From: the human T2T-CHM13v2.0 reference genome, Homo sapiens
Reading direction: 5' to 3' (one strand)
Length of the DNA stretch: 64,000 nt
Assembly (NCBI RefSeq): GCF_009914755.1
Contig: NC_060936.1
This document shows positions 31,607 through 48,049 of the stretch, piece by piece. The translations under genes and the position numbers were made by a program. Each line of letters begins with the position of its first letter. The first letter of the stretch is position 1. The notes beneath the pieces were generated by a model that ran no database searches, had not been told where the DNA came from, and worked only from the letters and a program-made list of their open reading frames with translations.

Positions 31607-33042
31607 TGCAGTGGACATCTTTACTTAGAACATTATAATGAAATCCCTAGAGCTGAAGCTATGCTCAGAGAACTCATTATATTTTTATGTATACAGGCTC
31701 ACTAAGATACTAATGCAACCTGAAGGATGATGACAAGTTCACTGATTAAAAAACAGCAACATCAGTTTAGGTATTTTTACTGTTAACTTTTCTGCTAAAC
31801 ATTCCAGTTTACCATGAAGCCTAAATATAAGTAGTAGTTTTAATGTGTATGACACTGTAAGTTTTTATGACATCTCACTATGAAACCTATTCTTGTTCTG
31901 TTTTACTTTTCTGTTTATCTTTACAAAAACCTCCATTAACATGAAGGAATTTGAGGAGTGGTGAGGTTAGCCTGAACCCTAGAAGTTTGGCATAGTAGCT
32001 ACCGTGCACAGACAATCGCTTTACAACACAACAATGGTTAAAAAAAGGATCTGGTAACAAGTTTAAGTTCAACAAACAGAATGAACTTTTTTGGTTTTTG
32101 TTTTGTTGTTGTTTTTTTAGAATTAATTTTTAAAAATTAAGAAAAAGATGAGTGTAAAGACTGACCAAAAAAAGTACATAGTCCCATTCACAGATCTGGA
32201 TATGCTGTTTTTAGATCCATGCTTTCAGCTGGATTCTAAGAGTTGTGCTGCAGAAATACGTTTATGCTAGAAAGTCCCAGGTTAAAATTGAACACATTTG
32301 TTTTCTTAAAAATTACAGGATGCCTTAGAGCCTTTAGCATATAAATAGACCCTGTAAAGTCTTTAACATGTAAAATATGTAGTATTTCCCTAGTTTCTTT
32401 GATCACAAAGCTTTTTTTTTGTTTTTTGAAAGGAGGGAAATGAGGAGAAGATGTACCTATTCCTGTCTCCCAGAACTAATGTTCCATGGAAATGGAAAAG
32501 TGGCTTGGGAAACAATTGCTAGATCATATGTACAAGGTTGTGAGTTTTGCTTGGCCATCCCAATTTTATTGTCCAAATTTATCTTCTCTAGACTGCTGCA
32601 TAGAAGGAACTTACAAAAGGAGTTATGATTAAAATTATCTTCTTCCAGCACTATAATATAAAATAACCTTTACTTGAACAAACATAAAATATTTGTAGTA
32701 AACAAAAACTATTATAAAATTTTTTATATGGCTATAAGATGATTCTGTATAGATGCTTTTAATGTTTTAATGACTTGCTACATTTGGTATTCTGGAAATA
32801 AACATTTAAAACCTTGACATACCACAACATTGGTATTAAAAGGCTTTTTATAAGTTGACTTTTGACTATGACTATTTTTTAAATTTACTCCAGAAAAAGT
32901 AAATCATCCATAAACAGCATTATCTTCTATTACCAATTATCAAACTTCTATTTAGAGTATTAGAAAAAATTTTAATACCATTTTTAGATGGGATAAATCA
33001 CAACCATTACCTTGAGAGTAACAAAAAGAAAAGGGTACAAAC

Positions 33043-33147
33043 CTGGGTGGCCTTTTCCAACTGTAATTTAAGATCTGTTAGTTCCATATTTGTATCATGT
33101 AGCTGTGCCTTCAGCTTTTCATTTTCAGCTAGAATTTGTTCATAAAG
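33043..33147 (-). CDS. PPP1R12A: MYPT1 exon 22 (105 nt, coiled coil, L935-Q969)
   Basis: LYEQILAENEKLKAQLHDTNMELTDLKLQLEKATQ; TAG acceptor, CAG|GTTTGT donor, phase 0/0. Confidence 0.97.
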
Positions 33148-33699
33148 CTATAAAAATTAGGGTAAAAGAACAAATTACTTTTCTGCTCTCCTATTACTTT
33201 AAAATTTCTCATTGATTACTTTGCAATATTAAAACAGCTTAATGTAGCATATGAGCTATAAAGGATACATTTAAAAAATCCTTCATGGTTGCAAAGCAGA
33301 GACTGTTCGTTATGCAAGTGTGTTTGTCCCATATAAAGTCTTAAAATTAGTTCCAGTATTCAAAAATCAAGACTTCACAGAAAAATTGGACTTTTCAGGT
33401 TATCTTAAAAAAGATTCAGTTATCTGATAAAGAGGGACCACATACCTGCACAGCAACTGCAGCTAGGGCTAAGGAGTCACTGTGATCTTTATTTGGAGTC
33501 CGTGAGATTTTCTGCCCATCACTCTCTCTTGCATTCCCAAAAATGAGACGGAGTACCAGCTGTATTTATCATTATACTTCTACATTGCTTATAGTAAAGT
33601 TAAAAGGCAAATGATGTATTTCCTGAAATATTTCAAATCCAGGATAAAATCCAAGACCTTCCCCTTTTCTAATGCTTTTCGTCTTTCTTAACACTCCTT

Positions 33700-34715
<1,016 letters not shown>

Positions 34716-35316
34716 TACTCATAATGTAAAATGATTCTCTCCCTCACCCGTTCCCCTAACTTGGCTTTTAAAAAAGTATGTAATTCAAATAGCTGCCAGA
34801 TAACTGGGGACATGTACAAATGCCATAAGCTTTCTCCTTCTCCAACAGACTTTATGTTTACTATAAGCACAAAATAAGAAGATATAGTTTCTGCGATTTA
34901 TTCATTAATTACTTCAATCCTTAATAGCACTTGAGCTGCCCCAAGTTTTTCAGTTACCTATGAAAAACTACCAATATATTATCTTAGGAAAAGCCATCTT
35001 CTCTGTTTGGCTGCTTCCTAGTAACAAGAAACAAAGTGTGTATACATTTGTGTGCACCCATTTATTGAACGCTCCTTTCCAGCTCAATCATAGCAATGAC
35101 TTGAGATACTTAAATGTAAAATCATCTTGGATGACTTTCTCTTCCCTTTAATAAACAAACAGCTATTTACATTCTACTTAACCATCACTTGCCGAAAACT
35201 GAAAATAAGTTATTTCAAAATACTCATTTCATTATGAGTTTTTAAAATAATATTTGAATGAGTATCTCAACATAAAAGATAACTTTTTATTAAATATAAC
35301 TAAATAACCCAAGTAC

Positions 35317-35452
35317 CTTTTTAAAGTCAGTTGAGTCATCCTTTTCTAGCCTGCTGCTGTAAGGTTTTCTTTCTTCTAAGTAACTGTATGATCCAGAGCG
35401 ACCCAGCAAGGAATCATATCGATCACCAGCTGATGTAGAACTGGTTTCATAT
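35317..35452 (-). CDS. PPP1R12A: MYPT1 exon 21 (136 nt); S910
   Basis: YETSSTSAGDRYDSLLGRSGSYSYLEERKPYSSRLEKDDSTDFKK; AAG acceptor, GTACTT donor. Confidence 0.97.
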
Positions 35453-35608
35453 CTTCAAAAGATTAATTTAAATAAAAAACCTTGTTATAGGCTTTTACAA
35501 TTATAACAACATACATCCTAGTACACATATAACTTGACAGTTCAAAAGAGTAGGTCACAGTCTCCCTCTGTTATCTGATTAATTTTTGTGATATATAATA
35601 AGTGGGAA

Positions 35609-35902
35609 GTTATTTTATTTTTTTAGATAGGGTCTCACTCTGCTGCCCAGCTTGGAGTGCAGTGGCATGATCTCAGGTCACTGCAGACTCGACTTCTCGG
35701 GCTCAAGTGATTCTTCTACCTCAGCCTCCTGGGTTGCTGGGACTACAGGCATATGCCACCATGCCTAATTCTGTACTTTTGGTAGGGATGGGGTTTCACC
35801 ATGTTGCCCAGGCTGGTCTTGAACTCCTGGGCTCAAGCAATTCACATGCCTCAGCCTCCCAAAGTGCTGGGAGACTACAGGAATGAGCCACTGCACCCAG
35901 CC
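35609..35902 (-). mobile_element. Alu (AluJ-like)
   Basis: Reverse Alu consensus. Confidence 0.92.
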
Positions 35903-36266
35903 TATTTTTTTAATACTACTAATTTCCATTAATTGAGGAAGAGAGTCAAAATTTCCATGTTTAAAAGCCAAAACTGGTTTCATATAATGATTAATATTTT
36001 AAATTGTACATTTCCTCCCACATTTTAATATTTCCAAAACCAGAAAATGGCTTACAATTGATGATGCATTATAGTTTAATTGGTAGCACCTTTCCTTTTT
36101 TTCAGTAGTAGGTAACACAATGGTGTTTTAAAATGAGTAATGTCTTAGATTTGATGAAATAAAGTATATCCAAAGTGACAAGTAATGGGTTTGTCCTAAG
36201 CAGGAAAAACATATCTTACTGGTAAAGGAGAATTCTCTTATTATCTGGTTCTGAAATTCAGGTTAC

Positions 36267-36349
36267 CTTTTCTGAAAGATGCCATTGGCTCTGCATTTCA
36301 ATTCAATAGAATCATCAGTAGACAGAAATTTATTACTGGTCTTACAGGG
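36267..36349 (-). CDS. PPP1R12A: Candidate alternative exon (83 nt; internal 24-nt variant 36267-36290)
   Basis: CTCCATTCCATTTCTCTTATCATTGTTAACCACAG| PCKTSNKFLSTDDSIELKCRANGIFQK+AG |GTAACC; open in phase 0 to 2 like exon 20. Confidence 0.5.
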
Positions 36350-36447
36350 CTGTGGTTAACAATGATAAGAGAAATGGAATGGAGATCAAAATCAAGGATA
36401 TAGTGGAGGTTCTCTGAAAAGATGGATAATTTTGAATTAGGTGACAC

Positions 36448-36740
36448 TTTTTTTTTTTTTTTTAAAGACACAGGGTCTCACTGTATCCAGTGAGGAGTGC
36501 AGTGGCACAACCATAGCTCACTATAACCTTGAGCTCCTGGGAGCTCAAGTGATCCTTCTGACTCAGCCTCCCCAGCAGCTAGAAATAGAGGAGCATACAG
36601 TTATGCCTGGATAATTAAGAAATTTTTTTTTTTTTTGGTAGAGATGGAGTCTTGATGTTGTCCATGCTGGTCTTCAACTCCTGGACTCAAGTGATGCTCC
36701 TGCCTCAGCCTCCCCAAGTGCTAGGATTAAGGGTTGAGCT
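36448..36740 (-). mobile_element. Alu (AluJ-like)
   Basis: Diverged reverse consensus; TSD tgacacttttt. Confidence 0.9.
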
Positions 36741-37134
36741 AGATGACACTTTTTTAAAAGTGTCTTCACTGGTTCTCTTTTGTCTAAAGCAGGGCTACAA
36801 GAGAAGATTCTGAATACTTAATCAAATACATTTCTGGCCAAGTGTGGGTTTTATCAGTCCCTGATGTTAATAATGAGATAGTTGAACTAACTTAAGAAAC
36901 TTTGGAATACCTTTGTTGTAGAGATTTGGGGAAAAATCTTACTTGCTCTGACTAGTGATCTTGAAGTAAAGCCTTTAACAAAGAAAGCTAGTAACAATGA
37001 TAAGGCCATCAAAATTTGTTTTTTATTATCAAATAATTCTATAAACTTACAAAATCCATAAATTCCTAGCAACACATTTTTAACAAAGATAAAAATAAGA
37101 AAAAAATGTCAGTTAAAAAATAAATAAAACATAC

Positions 37135-37151
37135 CTAGAAATGGAATCCGT
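37135..37151 (-). CDS. PPP1R12A: MYPT1 exon 20 (17-nt microexon)
   Basis: ACGGATTCCATTTCTAG = TDSIS+AG, needed to complete the known protein; strong pyrimidine tract TTTTTCTCTTTCTTTCCAG, GTATGT donor. Confidence 0.95.
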
Positions 37152-37996
37152 CTGGAAAGAAAGAGAAAAACATAGGCATACTAAATTTTTATGCTTTCAT
37201 TAAACTATTAACCTATGATTATAAGTAAATTTAATGTAGTATCAATAGAAGCAAACGAATGAACACCTAAGGTTCTTTATGCATAACAGTATATACATAT
37301 TTTGTTTAAAATTTACTTTCTCGAAATCTAGCTATATACCTTTAAGGTCAGCAATTAGGTGACAGGAAATTTAATTTTCTCAAGCAAGTGGTATGCTACA
37401 CTGAAGTTCCAGAAAGTCTTATCTAAATCGTGAAATGATTAATAAGGTAAAACAGTCTTACTGGGGGCCAAAGTAGTCTTTTTCAGTAGTCAAATTTAGC
37501 CTTTTCTTTTTCTATTGAAATACTCACTGATTCTATAATTTATTCAGAATGGTTTGTTAAACTTCTTAATTTAAATATTAGTGATTTCCCATTATATTTA
37601 TCTTTGGAGATACTGTAAAATTACTAGGTTACTTTTGGGATTGTTTAAAGTCTATTTTGGACTAAAAATGTTTTACTAAAGTCTGTAAATTTCCTCTGCA
37701 AAACCAATTTTAACTTTGCTCCTTACATTGTTCTTTAAGGTAATGTTTTCTTTTATTGATTTATTCTTTGGTTTAACAACAACTAACAATTTTAAAGAAT
37801 AAATTTCAATTTTCAAGATAATCAAATTCAGTAAAATGGCCATTCCTGAACTAAAATGTCTACATATCAAACAAAAATAATACATCTTACCTTATAGTCT
37901 GCACTTACATTCACTGATTTAAATTTTAACAATAAAAAGTCTAGTGAGAAATCACTCAAATTCCATTATCTTTAAAAATCATGGTGTTATCACTGA

Positions 37997-38610
<614 letters not shown>

Positions 38611-40530
38611 GTTCCCCAAATTTTAAGATTAATTTTCCAAAGTAAAAATATCTTTTTAAAGATAAAAAAGATTAAAATATATAGAAAGATATTCAGAAAT
38701 ATCTTTCTGACTATGGTATTGTAAAGTTCACATAATGGTATACAAAGTTCCTGTGTAATTCCTCATCCCTCCATTCTCTAGATAACCACTGTTATCTAAC
38801 CAACCTTTTCTGGACACATAATATCTATGTGAATATAGAAAATATTGATCTATGCACATACATTGCACCTTATTTATTTATCTACATCCATTCTTCCTTT
38901 TTCTCATGGTATAGCAGTTACTAGGTTTAGGTGAGATGACACATGGCCCATGTTGGTAGCAAAATGGCTGCAACAGTTCAGTGATAGGCCCTGTCTATCC
39001 TAAGCCAACTATAATCCTATCCCTATGAGGTACATCAGCCTGAGGATGAAGCTGACACAAAGGACTGCAGAATATAACTGGAGTACAATACATTTTCTTT
39101 GTTTAATCCAGTTTGACTTAGGTTTCATATTGTTATTTATATTTGTTATATTTATTTATATGTTATTCATTACTTTAAAAGAACTCTAAACAATCTAAAG
39201 TAAACAAAAACTACTTAAATTGAAAATAAAAAAACTTTTCGTCTTAGAAACAATGTTCCTCTTCATCTTAACGTATCTCATATGATTTTAACAGTAAAAC
39301 TTAAAATACAGTATACATCAATATGCTTCAAAATTACAACTTTAAAAGCTAGACAATCTCCCTTCCACTCCAGCCTGGTGGGGGCTGGAGTCTGCGTGAT
39401 AAGGCAATGAGAGGTGTCAGATGGGGATGGTTTACTAATTTCCTCCCCTCTTGTTTAATAAAGAAGGGACATAGGTAAATTGGGGAGTTCTGATAACTGA
39501 TAACCAAAAAATTTAGGTAACAGTTAAAGCTTTAGGCCTGCAAATAATTTAACCTCAGAACCAATTCACTCCTCATTGTCTGGCCACCTAAAGATAAAAT
39601 AAAATTGTGGGGTCAAAATAGGCAAACTTGGCCCTAAAATAATGTTCACCGTCACCTAGCACAGGTAACCAACTTTTGTTCACATTACTGTAGATCCTTG
39701 CTGACTAAAAAGAAATGTAATAGCTCTATTAAGGAACTTCAACTCAAAATGAAGAAAATAATATTAATATGACCAGAATGCTATTTCATGCTAGACAGTG
39801 CCAGGTTTAGACTCGTGTTGTTCAGCTCTATCCTCATATGAACAGAAATATTTTGAATATTTTTTAGCTTTCTACACAGCCAAACAATCAGGAAGGGGGT
39901 CGGGGGAACTTTCAACCCTTGCTGGCTGTGCAGCCTTGTCATTCAAACTTGCTTTAGGTCCTTCATCAGTACTGAGAGGAAAAAAATGTCTTTTAGATTC
40001 TCAACATAAAAATCTGTTGGAGACTCTAAATTTCTAAATATATGTAAAAGAAAGTTAAAAGATGCCTATATTCTCCAGAACATAACTTTGAAATAAAATC
40101 TACAGAAATAAAATCTGAGCCTACTACTTCTGGATTTCCACTACTTCTGATTATCCTTTAGATATTTTCCTTTGGCCAAGGGTACTATTTCTTTTTTTGC
40201 TTTTTCTTTTAACTCCGAAGGTTAAATGACATACATTAAATTACATCCACTTAGAGTGTACAATTTGGTGAGTTTTGGCAGTTCTGTATATCCATAAAAC
40301 CACTGCTAGGATCAAGACTCAGAACATTTTCATCACCTCCAAAACATTATTTTGTGACCCTTCCCAGTCCTTTTAATCCTGATCCCCAGGCAAACACTGA
40401 TATTGCATACCCAGCATGTAGGTAGAGTATGCAATAACTGCTTTGCATGAATAAACATAATAAAACGCAATTTAAAAGTAATTATTAAAAAATATGAATA
40501 CTTCTCAATACAAAAAGTAATGGTATTTAC

Positions 40531-40596
40531 CTGAGTTTCTTTCTTATTGGATCCCTCTTCTGTGTCTGATTGTTGTTCTTGTTCATTTTCATCACT
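40531..40596 (-). CDS. PPP1R12A: MYPT1 exon 19 (66 nt)
   Basis: SDENEQEQQSDTEEGSNKKETQ; TAG acceptor, CAG|GTAAAT donor, phase 0/0. Confidence 0.96.
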
Positions 40597-42301
40597 CTAA
40601 AAACAGATTGCCAATTTATATTTTAGGAAATTTTAGTAATAATTTCAAAATTTATTTTTTAAAATTATTTTTGGGAGTCCTTCTCTCTCAGAATATACAT
40701 TGAGACATTTGTAGATAGAATGAGATGTCTAGGATTTTCTTCTAAATAATATGGGAGTTGGGAGATGGAGTGGGAATTTAGCTGAAAAAATGAATACTGG
40801 GGGTAGGGCTCATTATACTATTATGTTACTTCTATAAAGTATATGTTTAACTTTTCTATATTAAAAATCAAAAGAAAAATAGAAAACTATTTTCCGATTT
40901 CCCCATCTGTTCTTCCCTTCTTTGTCATTTATGTATGATTTTCCCTCTCTTTTTAAACTTTTTTAAATAGACATATGCACTCTTGATTCATCAAGTTGAA
41001 TATATATTTTGTCCACAGCATGGACAATGCGAAGATACTAAAACTCTTCAACTCCATTTAATACTTTCCCATATTTTTGTGCTATTGTTTTCATATGCCT
41101 TAGCTCTTTATATATTTTAAACTGCAAATGACAATGTTATTTGTTTCATGTAATTAAGTAATTAGTAATTAAGTAAAATTAAAATGGACTGAAACACTGC
41201 AATTAAAAAAAAGTTCAGAAAAAAGTTGACCTAAATATGTTGTTTATTAAAAAAAACACAAATAAATTGAAAATAACAGAAAAGATATATTATACAAAGA
41301 TAATCAAAAGGAAGCTTTTCAAAAAAGCAGAATTTAAGGTCAGATATAATATTAGAGATAAAGAGGAACATATAGTGAGAGATGGGTCAGTTTAACAGGA
41401 AGACAGATGATTCCATGTTCTTTCAGTGAAAGGTTAGAAATTTTCTTTAAAAAATATTTTTATAACAATAGAAGTAAATGTACTGCTACATAAAATAGCA
41501 TAGATATATCTTATAAACATAACAGTTATAAAATTTATAGTTCTAGTCATATGCTCTTCAAAAACAGGCATAGTTAACTACGGTGTTAGAAATCAGGATA
41601 CTAGCTGACTTTGAAAATGAGGATGATAGGGATTGAGAGGGAGAACATGGGGGCAATCTACACTGCTGTTTTTATTCATCATTCTGAGTGGTGATTACAT
41701 AGATATGCTCCTATTGTGCTAATCTATTAAGCTATACATGTATGAATTATGTTTCTAAACATGCCATACTTCAATAAAAGGTTTATTTTTTAGAAAATGG
41801 AAACAAAATCAATGAATAGCAATGTCAGGCCTACAATCAAGGACCAGGAAAACACTAATTTTTACAAGACTGTTGTAATTTGATAAGCAAAGCACTGTGT
41901 CTATTTAGCATGCTTTGAGATGGAAGTAATCTGTAATGTAGATCTTATAATGATATTTATGAAAATGAAATTAAATAGACTCCTTAGAAATTCTTAAAAG
42001 ATGTTTTTACAAGAAGCAGTTTACCTATTATAAAATAATCAATACATGCACTCTGAGCTTCAGACATTATTATTTCTATTCCATAATTAGGTCAGAACCA
42101 CTCCTTTTAAGTAGTACCAACAATCTAAGTAGTTAACTATCCTTAAAAATAATTTTTCTTATTTAACAACTCAGAAAACACAGTGATGATTTAAGGAATA
42201 TGAAATCTAAGGCATATAAGAAATTATTAGTATGTATTTTTGGACACATTAAGAATACTATCAAGAATACTATCAAATAATGTATTTTAATAGGTTCTCA
42301 C

Positions 42302-42423
42302 ATCTTGTGTCCAAAATGAAACTCCTGTAGATCTTCTTTTCTCTCTTGGTCGTCGTCGTTCTCTGATTGATTTAGGTTGTGATTTATCTTCTCCTTCTTT
42401 CTCCTCTTCTCTTTTTTCTCCCT
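42302..42423 (-). CDS. PPP1R12A: MYPT1 exon 18 (122 nt); S852/T853 (ROCK site)
   Basis: GEKREEEKEGEDKSQPKSIRERRRPREKRRSTGVSFWTQD; CAG acceptor, GTGAGA donor. Confidence 0.97.
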
Positions 42424-42499
42424 CTGTTAAGGATTGCAATGAACCACAATATAGCAATATATCTTGACAATATTTTGCAAGGTAATTGTAAAAACAATG

Positions 42500-42710
42500 G
42501 GTAAAATGGGCCAGGGGACTATCTAGGGGGATGGAAGGTAGGCAGCTGCTACTACTTAGCTCCAGCCAATTGTTGGTATGTGAGAATTCAGATCCAGTGT
42601 TGCCAGGTCAGCCAACTTTTCAAGAAATGGCAAAAATCTGAAGTTTGAAGTGAGTATCTCTAATTTTAAATGTTGGTTCAACATTTTTACAAACACAATG
42701 CAGGCCTCAC
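42500..42710. mobile_element. MER102-like hAT element
   Basis: ccagtgttgccag...ttttcaagaaatggcaaaaatctg...ttttaaatgttgg...aaacacaatgcaggcc. Confidence 0.55.
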
Positions 42711-43445
42711 ACATAGAAGTTTAAAGAACTGAAACATCTCAATGATCAACATGAGAAAATATATAGCTGGAAATTGGGAAAAAACTTTATTTTCTGCTGT
42801 TTATTCTACATTACTACTGATATTATCATGACTAATACTGTAAGATTTAGGCTTTAAAATATGAAATGCCTATATTTAGTACTTATATCTGATTTAAAGT
42901 AGGAATTACTCAGAATTTAAATAGAAAGTTTATATAAAATAATAGGAAATGGTAATGAGTATCAATATGCCAATATATAGTTGAGAAAGAAATGTATTTT
43001 TTAAGAAATAAGCATAAAAATGTGTTTTAGTGAGAGCATTACATGTAGTTAGTAATTTTAGTTTACAACAATTTCACAAAAAAACATTTAAATGATATGA
43101 TCTACACAGTAGGCAAGAAATAGCTTAAAGCATCTGAGAAGTACTACACTAGTAAACTGCTTCTAGAAATAGTCACCCACCAGTTCGATATTAACTTTTC
43201 GTTGTAGGTGGACATGAAGATTTTTGTGAAGTATTAGGTTATAAAAATATTAGTATCAACAGCAGGCCATATTCTATTTCTGTTTTCTACTTTTCTCATT
43301 CTCAACCTTCATATTCTTTCTGTTTAGGTTCGATGAATCACAAGTTAGGATGCTGTTCCTTTACTGTTGAATTATTATTTAGGAAACCCTAATCCAAAGG
43401 ATTATATGAAGAAAGCAAAGTGTTTTCAAAATTTGGTATTCTTAC

Positions 43446-43614
43446 CTCTTTCATTTTCTTTTGTTATTCCTCTGGAGTAAGCAGAAGTTATGCCTACAAG
43501 ACTATTTGGCCTGTTTAGTTGACTTGAAGCATACAGTGAACTGCTCATAGTAGAAAGTGAAGAGGATGGAGTGGTTGAACTTGAAGTTGATACTGGCCTA
43601 TAACGCTGGTAAGT
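43446..43614 (-). CDS. PPP1R12A: MYPT1 exon 17 (169 nt)
   Basis: TYQRYRPVSTSSSTTPSSSLSTMSSSLYASSQLNRPNSLVGITSAYSRGITKENER+G; CAG acceptor, GTAAG donor. Confidence 0.97.
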
Positions 43615-43858
43615 CTGTGAAACATTAAGATCAAAACCCATTTGAAACATTAAACACAATTAAAAACATAAAAATACTTAAAAATTCATTTCAAAGAAAA
43701 AGTAGTATACTAATCACGCCAAAGTAATTCAAATTTCCAGCTAAAATCCTTTACAGTATTTTGCATATGGTTTGTTGGTATATAAATCTCTTGTATGTTA
43801 AGGATCATAAGGACTATTCATACCATTTGACTTAAATGTGCTTTTGATATACTGTTAC

Positions 43859-44059
43859 CTCATCATACGTTCTGGAGTACTTTTGTTTATATTCATCTTC
43901 TCTAGATGTTTCTGACTCCTTCTTTTCTTCTTGTTTCTCTTTATCTTGTTTCTCTTTTTCCTCTTTTTCTTTTTCTTCATTTTCTTGTTCTCTGGTTCGG
44001 GTAGAACGACTTCTTCCTATTGTTTTCTCAGCTTCTTGAAGATCAGTTAATGTCACTCC
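43859..44059 (-). CDS. PPP1R12A: MYPT1 exon 16 (201 nt)
   Basis: GVTLTDLQEAEKTIGRSRSTRTREQENEEKEKEEKEKQDKEKQEEKKESETSREDEYKQKYSRTYDE; lies inside ORF 43832..44152; AG/GT flanks. Confidence 0.97.
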
Positions 44060-45157
44060 CTGCACACACAAAAAGATCAATATAATTATGAGATGCATTA
44101 AAGCTTGTTTCAAGGAATATTTTAGAAATAGATATATTACATACAAATGCATTAAAAGTCAAATATGCATGTTTAAAATTGGTTTGCAAATGGAAACAGC
44201 AAGTTACATTCATTCTATGAAGAATCACCATTAGCAAGCACAACGATAGGTACTGGATACTCTATGCATATAAATGTTCCCCACAAGTTCAAACTAGAGA
44301 AGAATAGCCAGTATCTGTACTGTTTGTATATTATAAATATTTATGTTTATATATATGTCTGTGTGTGTGTATATATATGTGTGTATATGTATCTATATAC
44401 ACATGCATGATGATTGTTAAGGCTTAAAAGAGATTTCGATAAATTTTTCAAGATTTGACCTTGAAGAACAGGTTAGATTTCAAGAAGTGAAAAGTATAAA
44501 GACAGAAAAAGTATATTAAGGCCCTAGCAAATAGTTCAGCTTGAAAGCTAAGTAATGGTAAGGATAGACAGCTGAATCTGGACTGTGGAGCTTCTTAACT
44601 GTGGGAAAGCAGAAAGACACAAAAGTATACATCATATACAGCATAATCAGAATGGCAAAACGGAGGTAAGGAGATCGCCAGCCTGAATGACATTTTTTTC
44701 ATACTTGCATATTAGTTGTTTATACCTAATATACGAGCCTATTCTCTGCCCCCGATTTCCAAATATTCATAGAACTTTTAAATACTTATTAGACATCATA
44801 TGATTAATTTATTCTAACCAAATACTCTGGGCCAGACACTGTATTAGGAATAAGGATTTAAAAAATACTCAAAAAGACACAAAGGCATATGCTAATTAGA
44901 TGAAATACAATAGTAGCAGTGTAACCATACAAAAGGCTATGAGCAACCTTTACCTTTTAAGGATTTATTCACACTAGAATTACTAGAATAACTACAGCAA
45001 CCTTTACCTTTTAAGGATTTACTCACACTATATACTGACATCAATATTTTCACAACAAAGTGAAAAAGAGAAAGGTAACTTGTTTTATGTCAGTGTGTGT
45101 ATATATATTTTATATGCTACTTATGTAAGTTTTATATATTAATTACATTAACTATAC

Positions 45158-45248
45158 CTGTGTTGATCTTCTAGATTGTCTTGCTTGTCTAGATCTTGCT
45201 TTTCTTTGGGATTCAGACTCTTCATCCCTAACAGGAGTGAGGTATGAT
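45158..45248 (-). CDS. PPP1R12A: MYPT1 exon 15 (91 nt); S668 and S695/T696 phosphosites
   Basis: SYLTPVRDEESESQRKARSRQARQSRRSTQ; TAG acceptor, CAG|GTATAG donor. Confidence 0.97.
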
Positions 45249-45720
45249 CTACAGTAGTAAATTGAAAAATCGTTAGTTGTAAATACAATACCTGTGAATG
45301 TAAATATCTATCAATGCATATGAATAAAACATACAGGTTTAATATCTTAGTAAGTTTTAAGGAAAAGTCTTCAGAAAATGGTCTTTGAAATTCAATAATG
45401 CAATCTTATAATTTCTTTTTAGATTGGAACTAGTTATATTTTAATAATTATATTTTAACATCACATTTTAACTTCCTAACTACATTTTTTAAAATAATGT
45501 AATTTAATTTTAAGATGGAACCACATTTTTAAAAAGGATTTAGAGAACTGAAGATTAAAAATTTTAGCTCTATTGAAAAAAATAGAAGGATTTCATTTAG
45601 CCCAATTAAGCAGAATGGATAAGGAGTAAATTTTTTGTCTGTTTTTAACTGAGGAAGGTCCTCTTCTCCAGCCCTGAAAACATCCCCCAAAAGTGATAAT
45701 CTAAGCATCTTACTTAATGA

Positions 45721-46673
<953 letters not shown>

Positions 46674-46842
46674 GTTAAATAATTAAAGAGTCAAACAAGC
46701 AAAGATATGACAGAGCCCTGCAACACAACATAAAGACTTTCCTCTGATAATCAATATTTCTTGGGAAGTTCAATCATTAACGCTTCATCAAATTACACCA
46801 CCTAGCTCACATTTCTCAGAGAACACTTATAGAACCAGAGTA

Positions 46843-47292
46843 CAGTTGACTGCTGAACAACACAAGTTTGAACTGTGCAGGTCCACTTATATGAAAGTTA
46901 CACCAAGTGTGCCTGCCTCTTCTGCCTCCTTCCACCTCCACCACCTCTGAGATAGCAAGACCAATCCCTCCTCTTCCTCCTCAGTGTGAAGACGAAGAGA
47001 ATTCTGACCTTTATGATGGCCCACTTCCACTTAATGAGTAGTAAATACAATTTTCTTCCTTATGATTATCTTAATAACATTCTTTTCTCTAGCTAGCTTT
47101 ATAGTAAGAATACAGTACATAATATATGTAACATACAATATATGTGCTAATCAACTGCTTATGTTATTGGTAAGGCTGGCAGTCAATGGTAGGCTATTAA
47201 TTTAGATTAGGGGGACTCAAAAGTTTTACGCAAATTTTTGACTGCACAGGGAGTCAGCACCCCTAACCCTTGCATTGTTCAAGGGTCAACTG
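46843..47292. mobile_element. Tigger2a/MER28-type TcMar DNA transposon
   Basis: TIRs cagttgactgctgaacaa ... ttgttcaagggtcaactg with TA target duplication at both ends, 450 bp. Confidence 0.88.
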
Positions 47293-47326
47293 TATCTCTA
47301 TCTTCTATGCTGTTTAAATTTATTAA

Positions 47327-48049
<723 letters not shown>

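Noticed and set aside
44942-45030. Repeat-spacer-repeat resembling a CRISPR unit
   Set aside because: Only two copies in a human intron, no cas genes; a local duplication
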